From an uncultured Clostridia bacterium (GTDB taxonomy: Bacteria; Bacillota; Clostridia; Christensenellales; UBA1242): 64,000 nucleotides of DNA. Under the pieces are notes generated by a model. The model was not told the origin of the DNA and made no database searches. It saw nothing but the letters and a program-made list of their open reading frames with translations. The DNA lies in the NCBI GenBank assembly GCA_944377485.1, contig CALWFB010000002.1, positions 16,779-80,778 on the forward strand, given 5' to 3'. This document shows, one piece after another, positions 9,653-21,000 of the stretch. Each line of letters starts with the position of its first letter. Positions within the stretch are counted from its first letter, which is position 1. The position numbers and the translations under genes were made by a program.

Positions 9653-10378
9653 ATGTTTTATACATATATGATATATTATATTTTAGGGATTGTGATGATA
9701 CCTGGATTAATTTTAGGTATTTGGGCACAATCAAAAGTTTATTCAACATTTAACCAATATAACAAAATTCAAACAAAACATGGAAAGACTTCAAGTGAAG
9801 TTGCTCGTTTTATGCTAGATAGCGGTGGTTGTATTGACACAAAAATTCAACCTATACGTGGTAATTTAACTGACAATTTCAATCCTAAAACCAACACAGT
9901 TTCACTTTCAGAAGCTGTTTATAATCAAAGTAGTATAGCTTCTATCGGAGTGACTGCACACGAAATCGGTCATGTATTTCAGCATCGTGAAGGTTATGGT
10001 CCTATCAAAGTTCGCAATGCCTTAGTTCCTGTTATGAATATTTCAGGATTCTTAATGTGGCCATTAATTTTAATTGGACTAATTATGGAAATGACTTATT
10101 ATGTCACTTTCGCCGATTGGTTTATATACATAGGTCTAGGGTTATATGCTTTAAATATTGTGTTTTGCTTAATTACTTTACCGATTGAACTTAATGCTAG
10201 CAAACGAGCAGAAAAAATGCTTCTAGCGACTGGTGAAATGGACCAAGAAGAAGCAAAGGGTGTAAAAAAAGTATTGAACGCAGCAGCATGGACTTATGTT
10301 GCAGCATTAGTGACATCTATTCTCTCATTACTAAGATTAGTTTTATTTGTATTTATGATGCGTGGAGATAGACGCTAA
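9653..10378 (+). CDS. putative neutral zinc metallopeptidase (YugP/Zn_peptidase_2 family)
   Basis: 241 aa. HEIGHVFQH motif. Membrane helices at the N-terminus and in the C-terminal half, as in the family. Confidence 0.8.
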   Translation: MFYTYMIYYILGIVMIPGLILGIWAQSKVYSTFNQYNKIQTKHGKTSSEVARFMLDSGGCIDTKIQPIRGNLTDNFNPKTNTVSLSEAVYNQSSIASIGVTAHEIGHVFQHREGYGPIKVRNALVPVMNISGFLMWPLILIGLIMEMTYYVTFADWFIYIGLGLYALNIVFCLITLPIELNASKRAEKMLLATGEMDQEEAKGVKKVLNAAAWTYVAALVTSILSLLRLVLFVFMMRGDRR

Positions 10379-11394
10379 TCAATAAGTTTTCTTTTTGCAC
10401 GTGCGTGTGAAAATTTTGTCATCACTTCATATTCGCTAGAATTAATATAATCTGAGTACATTTTTAGGGGGTTGTTTTCATTTAAAAGAAAAATATCATC
10501 TCCCTTTTTTATTTCAACATCACTAATATCCAGCATTAGACAATCCATACAGACATTTAAGACACGACACTGCTTATCTCTTACCATTAAATTCATTCCA
10601 ATGTATCCCAAATCAAACCCGTCTGCATAGCCAAAAGGAACAATTCCTATCCTCATATCTCTATTTGCTACAAATCTATAATCATAACCAACCAAATCAC
10701 CCTTTTTAATTTGGTTAATTTGAACAATTTTACTTTTTATTTTTACAACAGGTTTATATTCTTGGTCAAATTTATTATATAAATTAAAACCAATTCTAAC
10801 CATATCAAGATGATGATTAAATAAATTATTAACAAAACTATTATCCGTGTGAATTAGTGGCTGAAATTTATATTTTTTACTAAGAAAAATATATGGCATA
10901 AATCTATTTACTTGTTCTTTAACATATTCATCAGTGGTAGCAAAATGAGTATATAATCCTTCAAAATTAAGTTTACTTTTACGTATAAGTATCAATGCCT
11001 TTTTAAAATCTTTTATAGAACTAAAACCATATCTATTCATACCTGTATTTATTTTTATATGAATATTAATTTTCCTATTCATATCTATCAATTTTTTGAC
11101 ATCAGTAAGTGAATTACATGAATATGAAAATTGCGAATTTATTTCGCTAAAATCAAGCGAACCTAAAATTAAAATTTTTTTATCTGTCAATTTTTTCAAA
11201 TTTTCTGCTTCAAAAAAACAAGCCACACCATAAAAATCCACAAGTGAATCAATAGTTTTGACTACTTCTTTCATTCCTACACCATATGCATTAGCTTTAA
11301 CCATTGCACAAATCAAAGTGTTTGGATTTTTTATCATGACCTGTTTTACATTATTTATTAAATTTGTCCTACTAATCAAAATTTCGTTAATCAT
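10375..11394 (-). CDS. alr: alanine racemase
   Basis: 339 aa. PLP-lysine motif AMVKANAYGVG, plus family-typical HTDNS and GYADG segments. Confidence 0.8.
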   Translation of the reverse strand: MINEILISRTNLINNVKQVMIKNPNTLICAMVKANAYGVGMKEVVKTIDSLVDFYGVACFFEAENLKKLTDKKILILGSLDFSEINSQFSYSCNSLTDVKKLIDMNRKINIHIKINTGMNRYGFSSIKDFKKALILIRKSKLNFEGLYTHFATTDEYVKEQVNRFMPYIFLSKKYKFQPLIHTDNSFVNNLFNHHLDMVRIGFNLYNKFDQEYKPVVKIKSKIVQINQIKKGDLVGYDYRFVANRDMRIGIVPFGYADGFDLGYIGMNLMVRDKQCRVLNVCMDCLMLDISDVEIKKGDDIFLLNENNPLKMYSDYINSSEYEVMTKFSHARAKRKLID

Positions 11395-11409
11395 ATTAGA
11401 TATATATGA

Positions 11410-11991
11410 TTAATTTTGATGATTTGCACTAAATTCACACCCACAATAATTTTGTCTATACATATTCACTTGCTTTGCAATTTGTGTACTGCGCAAAAAA
11501 CCATTTTCTTTTTTAAAATCAGCATGCAAATATTTCATTTTATATTTCTTTTCTAAGTTTTCACCAGTCAGATTGATAAATTCCGCATTTTTATGTGGAC
11601 TGATTGAAAGTGTAGTTGTCACAATGTCAAAATTATGACTTTTTGCATATTCAAATGCTTTATCCATTCGCATAGCTATACACACATTGCATCTTCTGCC
11701 ACCTTCACTTTCATTTTCCATACCCTTAACTAAATCTAAAAATTTATCATGTTCATATCCTATGTCTATAACTTTTACTCCCAGTTTTTCAAATTGCTCT
11801 CTTCTCAAAACATATTCATTCTCTGGAAAAATATTTGGATTAAAATATAGATATGTTATGTCAAAATATTCTTTCAATTTTTCAATCACAGCACTCGAAC
11901 AAGGAGCACAACAGCAATGCAAAAGTAGTTTCGGCTTATATCCGAAACTACTTATTTCATCATGCATTAATTTGTTGTAATCAATTTTCAT
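11410..11991 (-). CDS. queH: epoxyqueuosine reductase QueH (DUF208)
   Basis: 193 aa. LLLHCCCAPCS, RRCNVC and C-terminal NYCGCEFS motifs. Confidence 0.85.
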   Translation of the reverse strand: MKIDYNKLMHDEISSFGYKPKLLLHCCCAPCSSAVIEKLKEYFDITYLYFNPNIFPENEYVLRREQFEKLGVKVIDIGYEHDKFLDLVKGMENESEGGRRCNVCIAMRMDKAFEYAKSHNFDIVTTTLSISPHKNAEFINLTGENLEKKYKMKYLHADFKKENGFLRSTQIAKQVNMYRQNYCGCEFSANHQN

Positions 11992-11997
11992 GTAAAT

Positions 11998-12025
11998 ATT
12001 TTAACACATATTATTTATTTGTCAA
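11998..12025 (-). promoter_or_regulatory. sigma-A promoter, leaderless geometry (queH)
   Basis: Minus strand TTGACA, 16 nt, TGTTAAAAT, 6 nt, ATG 11991. No SD. Confidence 0.6.
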
Positions 12026-12033
12026 TTCTTAAA

Positions 12034-15000
12034 TTAGTTCAATTTATTAAATATATATGTATAAATAACTGATTCGCCATTTACTTTTCCTGTAAATTTA
12101 ACCTGGATAGAACGATTTTCTGCAAATGTAATAAATGCTTCATTTCTAGAAACTAATGCCGCAATTTCTTCTGCTGTTAAATTAGATGTCTCTGTATTCT
12201 CTTCATCATCATCGTTAGTACTTATTATCTCAATATTTAAATCTGTATCTTCGTCAAAATATTTCAATATAAATTCGTAATACAAATTGAACGATGAAGT
12301 TCCTACTATTGTATTTTCAGTGTGTTTAGTTAGACTGAATACATATTTATTTTCATTAACACTAGAATTCAATCTATCAGCATTTATATAATAATTTCTT
12401 AAAGTAGTCGAATCATCTCCATTCACTACTACAAAATCTAATCGATTAATTTTATCTGTTTCAGGAGTCAATACTAATCTTGAATCTGAATAAGTTTCCC
12501 TATCCCAAGCATCGAATGTTGAAACGTTAGCACCAAGAATATATGTAATATAAGTGCAATCATACTGTGTGTTGTCCAAGTCTATGATATTTGAATACAT
12601 TATATCATATTCTTCATTTCCTGTATATAACAATGCGGTATCTACTAATCCCATATATGAATCATTTATATCTCCGTTAAATGTCATTTCATTTTCATCT
12701 AACGAAATTTGATAAACCATATTATTGCTATTAGAAACACCTATCATTAAGCCTAACACACGTGATGCTCTAACTGCTTCATCAAACGAATTTTGCTCAT
12801 TCAAATATGTATAGAAACTTCTCATATTATTAAACCAGTAATTCAAGCTATCAACACCTACTGAAACATTAGAAATTTTGTCTGTAATTTCACTACCATT
12901 CTCTCTATAAGTCAAAGTATTTGCAGGTACTGCTTGGTGTCCATCTGTTTCAATTGCACCAGCACCACTTGTTCTATTAATCAACGTTTCTCTATCGTAA
13001 TTAGCACCTATAATTCCGCCTGTAATATAACCTAAAAGGTTGCCATTATAATATGAATTCCTAATATATCCATTTACATTTCTACCTATTATACCAGCCA
13101 CGGTGTTATTAGTATCAGTTTTAACAATATTTGCATTGACATTTACATTATCAATATATCCACCTAAATTTAGACCAACCAAACCAGCAGATACATTATT
13201 TGAACTATTAAACAGTGTATCTGATTCACTAATTATATTAGAATCAAGGATTAATCCTCTGTTCTCCCCAGCCACAAGAGCTGAATATTGTGCACCAGAG
13301 AGCGAGCCATTATTTATATCAATATTTACATCGCTAACTCTAATTCGTTCTCCAATCAATCCGAACGCACCACCAACTGTATCACCTATGGCAGTTATAT
13401 TCCCAGACACATTGATATCTTTCACATCAAAGTATGTTGAATTTACAATATCTCTACTATTATTGATATCATAATTAGCATTTTGATATCCATCTACTAT
13501 TCCAATAATACTACCCGCATAATATACATTTGTTAAATTATATGAAATTTCTTGACCATTATTTCTAGATAAATATATTGAATATCTATATCCAGAAGAA
13601 GCACGTGTACTATTTACACCAATATTACTTGTAATGTTTTCCACATTGATATTGCCACGTACAATACCTGCCAAGCCGCCTACTGCATTAGCTCCTACGA
13701 CAATTACACCATCAGCATCGATGTCAATGTTGTATACATTAAAGTCCTCAATGATTCCTGCTAAGCTTCCTACCGCAGTGGTTTTTGTCGCCAATATTGA
13801 TTTTACGTTTATATCAAGATTCCTAACAGAATTTTTGATTGAGATATCATCTGCACCAACCATATCTTTAAATAGACCAATGCTATTCAAACTAGAACCA
13901 GAATATATCATCAATCCACTAATATCCATATTATTACCTTGAATATTACCTTTAAATGTATATTCGCTAGTTGTAGGATTTCCGTTTATTGAACTGAAAT
14001 CAATATCACTTATTAATCTATAATAATGTGTGGTTTCATCTGAGAAATAGAAATCCCAAGTATTTAAGTCATAAATTAGATATGGATTTTCTTTGCTTCC
14101 ATATGTACCATTTATCGTTTCATAATTAGTAATTACAGTTGTATGTCCATCATCATCGGTAATGGTTTCTTTAATTATTCTTATATTTCTAAGACCATAG
14201 TACATATCGTCACTAGGTGTTTGATTTGCTGTATATTCAACTTTTTCATTGCTGATAACTAATCTTGGAGTCATTCCTGAATCTAGATACCACACCGCAC
14301 TTTCATTGTCTCCAAAGGTGAATGCTGGGTACGAAGATTCTTGTGTCATTAGAGAAGTCCTAATTGTCGTCAAGCCTTCAATACGATTGTTATATCCGTC
14401 AGGAATTATCATAATTTCATAAGAATCAGATATCCCTGTCGTATTAGTAGGTGCAAACATATTTACTTCTGACGAATTTCTGTTTCCTTCATTAATATAA
14501 GTATAACATCTGCTTATTGAGCCAGAATTTCCATTTGCAAAACCAGAGAATCTATTATTATTAGCACCAATTTTTGTCAGATTGACATAGCAATCATAAA
14601 TACTGTTGGTATTCGAATATACAAATCCTGCTGAAATATCTTTTGCTGAAATATTACCAATGGTATTTCTAACAGAAGTAGTACTCTGCAATTCTGTACT
14701 GCCCGAATGAACATAACTCATTGAAATTTCGCCAGAGTTATTAACCACGAAACCTGCCACGCTTACCAGACTTGTATTCACAACTGAATTATTATACGCA
14801 TAGATAAATCCGCCACCAGAATAAATCGCAGAATCACCTTCGTATGTGAAAATTGGAGTCTGTGCATCAAATGCAGATGAGACGATTTTTCCTTCATTGC
14901 TATAAGCAAGTCCACCCATATTCGCAAGAGCAAACATAGACAAAGCACTAGTTGAATTAGTTATATAACCCGTACTTGCATTTTGTGCAACCAATCCTCC

Positions 15001-18000
15001 CATATAAAATTCTATGTTATAACTACTCGTCTTTGATTCAATAGTTGAAGCATGCAATGCGACATAACCACTAGACTTACAATTTGTAATTATACCATTA
15101 TTTACAGGAGTAATTGCTCCAAAATATGCAGCTGAATAATTAATTTCCGGATTATTACATATATCAGCATAATTGATGCTAAATGATGACGTTGATGGTC
15201 TTACTTGTCCAAATGAATAACTACCTGTTCCATTATTGACCGTCTGATACTCAACATTTAGATTCATAACAATCATACCTTCGTAGATTTGTTCAAATAG
15301 CCCCGCATAAATTACTTCGTCATCAAACAAATCAAAACTTCTAATAGTGATAGTATGACCATTTCCGTCAAATGTCTTAACATTTACATCTATCGGAATA
15401 TAATTATCAAATACTAAATCTCTTGCTAAAATATAATGTACATCTTCACCAGATTGCATAGTCAAGAATTCTTCTTCACTGGTAATCACTTCTGGTTCTT
15501 CATAAGAATTAGAATTTATGAAATTTAGATAATAGTTGTAGCTATATTCTGAAATTACATCTCCACTTCGCATATTAGAAATATTTGTGGTTATTATTTC
15601 ATCTTGTGAAGTAATCTCCCAATAATTATCTGCATTCAATTTCAATAAGAAATCCAAATTTAATATTGCCCCAAGATTCCCAGCTTCAACACGAAGTGTA
15701 TTTCCATACAAACTGATATCTTTCATTTTGTTATCATCGTCTAAATCATAATTAGATAGTGACAAATATTTATTTCTAGTATTATTATCCGCACTCCTAT
15801 CAGTATTTAGCGCTTTAAGAATTTCGTTAATATAATAGGTTGCCCCGCTACTTTCTGTGATACTTTCATCATATCTATACACTCTATCCCAGAATGAATT
15901 ACCATTATAATAACTGATATCTGTATCATCAAAATAGAATTCAAGTTCTACATTAACACCATAATCACCATATATTTCAGTATCTCCACTCGAATTTGTT
16001 CTGCTATGAGTGACACTAATATCATGAATTACAAACTCAACTATTTGAATCTGTATTTCAACACTAGCTTCCTCATAATCGCCATTTTCAAGAGTAGCAC
16101 GAGTTGTGAATGTAATGCTAGAAGTTTCACCAATTAAATTTGCACTTGGATTTGTAAATCTTAATGAATAATATCCATTATATTCTTCAACCATTTCAAA
16201 ATTGGTACTATCAAGACTGATATCCACATTTCCATCTGAATTTGTTGTAGAGATTCTAAATCTAGTATCTACATTATTAGCCACATAAATTGTGCCAATA
16301 TTCGAACTCGTGTCAGTATAAGATATTACAGTCTCTCCATTAGGTTTCAGATAATCCACTTGGATTCCTGGTAGCATTTTCACGTCAATTTCATAATAGA
16401 AACTACTGCCAATTTGTTCACCGCTGTTTAAGAATGCTGTCACTTTGATAGTATGAACCATTGAGCTATAAGTATTGCTAATCATTGTGGCAATATAAAG
16501 GCTTCCATTAAAGCCATCATAATCTTTAATCAATCTAATACCTGTACCATCACTAGAAGGTCGGTCCATCTCAGACAATCTACTTCCATTCACTCCATCG
16601 ATTTGAGCAAATATTATCTCTTCTCTGCCTGTCACATCGCTAATTTCCAAATAATCATAATAACCATTACTTGGTGCAATGTCCAAAATTATCAATCCTT
16701 CTCCGGTTGGACGCAAAACATTGCTTTGAGTTATACTTCCATCTTCCGAACTATAAACATAATTCTTAATCTCAATTTTATTTATTCTTTGAGGCAAAAT
16801 TGTGAAATTAATACTTGCATTCTCACCATTTAATAATGTATAAGTTAATCTTAGTCCAATAGGATTATTGCTGGTAGTAGGTGTAATTTCATCAATAGTC
16901 AAACGATAATATACTGTCTGCAATCCTGTATCTGTATTCAAACCCTCGTTCCTAATCAATTCTATATTTGCCGTCAAATTAACATCAGTCAAATCAAGCC
17001 CAGTTTCAATATCATAGAACATATGACTATAACTTAAATCAGTAGCTAAATCTTGCTCAGTCAATTCAATATCGGTAGTGATAAATGCTGTAATTGTTGT
17101 GTTGTCATTAGGATATAATGTGACAGAATCATAATTTAGTGATATCTTACTAGCTCCTTGCCTTGTATATAAGTCAAATGTAGTAATTGCATTAGATAAG
17201 ACTCTATCAATTTCAATGTTCCCTAATGTACTATCTTGATATCTAATTATTGTATAAGGTGTAATTGCGATACTCAAATGTCCATCTAATAGATAATTTA
17301 ATACAGAAATACTGAATGGAGTATTAGAATCAATTATGTAAATAATTTTTTCATTTACATCATCTACATTACCCACAACCCCACTTACACTAATGTAATC
17401 AGGAATTTGGGTATAACTATAATCTGTATCTAAATCTCCAACAATTCCAACTTCTACTCTCAAATAGATATCTTCGTTTGCTAAATACTGATATTGTTCA
17501 TTGTTATAATCTACTGTTCCAGTAGACATAATGTAATATTGTTTTGCTTTGTTGTATGCAATATTTTGCTCTACATTATCAATATCATTTGAACTTAATG
17601 CACTATCGCTAATAATTAAATTATCGCCCGTAGCATAAGAAACATCAAATGTTATAGAAGCTCTAATAGAAGTATTTAATATTGAAATGAATGTAATTGT
17701 ACATTGTCCCACACCACGAACAATTATCTCACTATTATTGATATAAATTATTGAACTATTTGAAGTTTCAGCATATATACGTATTTGACTTAGAGATGTT
17801 GGCTCATACTCAAAATCAAACAAGTCTAATAAATCATAAGTATTATAACGTTCGTTTAAAGCATTATATAGTAATGTATAGTTTTCATCAGTCGTATCAA
17901 GACTAAATTCATAATAATCTAAATGAATTATGCTATCCAATTCAACATCATTATATGTTAATTTATATTCATCTTTGATTAGTGCTGACAAACTTGTAGG

Positions 18001-21000
18001 AGCAATTTCAAATAGACATTCTCCATTTTCGTTTAACAAATATATGTATCCACCATTAATTTCTTCGTTATATGCCCAATATGTAGAATCGTTCCAATTT
18101 TCCATATTGTCATTATCAGAACCAATCAACATTTGACCATAGCCGTCAGCATAATTACCAATTACTAACTCTTCATTATCAACAACTACTGTATATACAT
18201 CATTAAATACTACATTTGTATTGTTTGCCAATGGCAATCTATTAGTTTGGTCAGTACTGGTTTCGTAGAAAACTGCACCTTCAATTTTACCAATAAAATA
18301 TGCATTATACACAATTGACATATTTGTTGATTGTCCATTAGCAAGGATTGCTCCTGCGTCAGATATCAATGCTGTACCTGTATCCGCCAAAATATATGCA
18401 TTGACACTCGATAATTGTACAATTACGGTCTCTAATTCATTCGCTCCATCATTAAATGAGGTATTACCTTCATTTGTTGCGTATCCTACTATTCCTGCCA
18501 CATAGTTTGAACCAACTATATCTGGCGTGGAATTAAATGTGTCATTATAATTTCCATTTGAACGTAATGCATTGTAATCCCAACGATAACTCATAACTGA
18601 ACAATATATAAATATACCATTGTTTGAACTTCCTGCGATTCCTCCAACTCTACTATTCGCCGTAATACCAGTTCCTGTACTAGAAAGAATTTGATAATGA
18701 ACTTCTTTATAGCTACCACCGTCATCACTACCAACAATTCCTCCAACATAATCTCCACCACTTATAACAATGTTAGATTTTACATTTTGAACGTAATATA
18801 CATCATTTCTGCTTTCACCAGATGTATTAGCAGTCTGTTTTATATCAGTAATTTGACCGCTACCTATTGTGACAGTCATATTTAATTTTGGAGTTCTATT
18901 GATACCAATCGCTCCACCAATATTGTTTAATCCTGTAATTGTTCCGGTCACAAATGCATTTGATAATGTACCTACTGACTGATTTCCTGCACCATCACTC
19001 TCATAATCATTAATACCAATTATTCCACCAATAGCTGAATTGCTATTCGTTATATTTGAGCGAATATTTACATCCGCCATTGCCCCTTCATTAGCAATAT
19101 AGACACTAAATATGATTTCAGAATTCTCTCTTCTATTTGAATTTAATAACGAGTAATTTGTATTCAAATTATTTGTAGAAACGGAATTATTATAACCTTC
19201 AATCTTTGCCAAATTTCTTCCAACCAATCCACCATAATAAACATTCGCATTTCCTGATAAACGTATATCTCCAAGTCCACCCACTATTACATTTGATGTA
19301 TAACTAATTTCTCCTCTATTTTCGCCCACCAAAGAGCCAAAATATATCATAGGCGCTGTTGCGTTTTCCTGATTTATGCTAGCATTCCCATTAAATACAA
19401 CAGATACATTAGTTAATGCACCCTTGTTTATGTCGAACACACCTAAATATGTATCCGCACCAACTGTTATATCGTACGCATAGTCAACATTGAAGTTTAC
19501 ATTTGAAATACTACCAGAAAAGTTTTTAAACAAATTGTAATTATCATTATCCAAACTAATTCCATATAGAGTATAAGTATAACTAATATTGTTATTGTCT
19601 TGATATGTGACTATTGTTCCAGAAAAATCAGTAATTACTTTTTCGCCCATATAACTCGTATTTGAAATATCAATATTGTTCATCAATCTGTAATGTGCAT
19701 CAGTATCAGAATTGATTTCCCAAAAATCGTTAGCATCATTGATTATATAAGGATTAGATTGCGAACCATCTGATAAATAAATATTAATTACAATATAAGC
19801 ATTCTTATATGCATTAGGATTTTCATCACTACCATTCATCAAGAAACTAGAAATATCATCAAATCCTGCTGTACTCTGAGATATGTTTTGATTCAATGCA
19901 TCTTTTGCAAATATAATCAATTTAAGATTAGCATTTGAGCTTAATTCACCTTCTCGAACGATCAAAGTATATGTATTATTATCTAATGTGACGAAATTAT
20001 AATTTTGATTGCCTTGATTATCTACCATTACCATGAAGATATCATCGTTTGTCACATTACCCTCTGTTGACGAATTCTCAGCGACAACTTGATATTCTTC
20101 TCCCGCCTTTAAATCTATATAATATTCCTGTCTGCTATCTGCTGTAAAATTAACTTCGCTTTCAACCGTTATTGTCTGTGTAATTATTGGTTTATGAACA
20201 GTCACTCTGCTTCTAAATGTATAAGTAGTATTGAATTGTTTTACTTGTGCATATATATCCCGATAATACGAAGTTGTATATTCATCTTGACCTCTACTGA
20301 ATGTCAGCTCAATATTTTTATCACCCTGGTCATCTGTTGTAATAAAATCATTATTTTCAGTATACCACACAACTTTATATTGATTGTCCACATGTGTTTC
20401 ACCCGTTTCACCATCAACAGTTTCGTTGCTTGTAATACCTATATTATAATCTTCTTCTTGATTATATGCTTGTACATAGTTCCATAAATATTGTCTATCT
20501 TCTCCAAGAATTGACACTTCCAAATTCACTGACGCTTGGTCTAAATAATAAGCACCTAAATATTCAAGCATATATCTATCAACGCTATTATAATTAATTT
20601 CTATTTCATCATCACCAATCTCTTCATAGATGAAGAATGAACGAGTAATTGGAATTTCAATATAACCATTTGGAGTTATTATATCAGAATAATTTTGTAC
20701 TCTGACAATAATATTAAGATTTATATAATAATTTCTATCATTGAAATATGTACCTTTTACAAAAGTAATATCCGTAGAATTATTAAAATTTTCCAATCTT
20801 AGATAATCCGAAACTAATTCTATTGTTGTGTCATTAAATTCTGCTGTAAAGTCATATCCGATTACATAAGATGTATCTAGAAAATAATCATCTAATAAAA
20901 CTTGTAGATTCAACGTTTGCCCAGCCGCCACAATATAATCAGCGGTGTAATCAGGATATAAATAACTAATATTTGTTATATCTCCGTCACTAATATAATT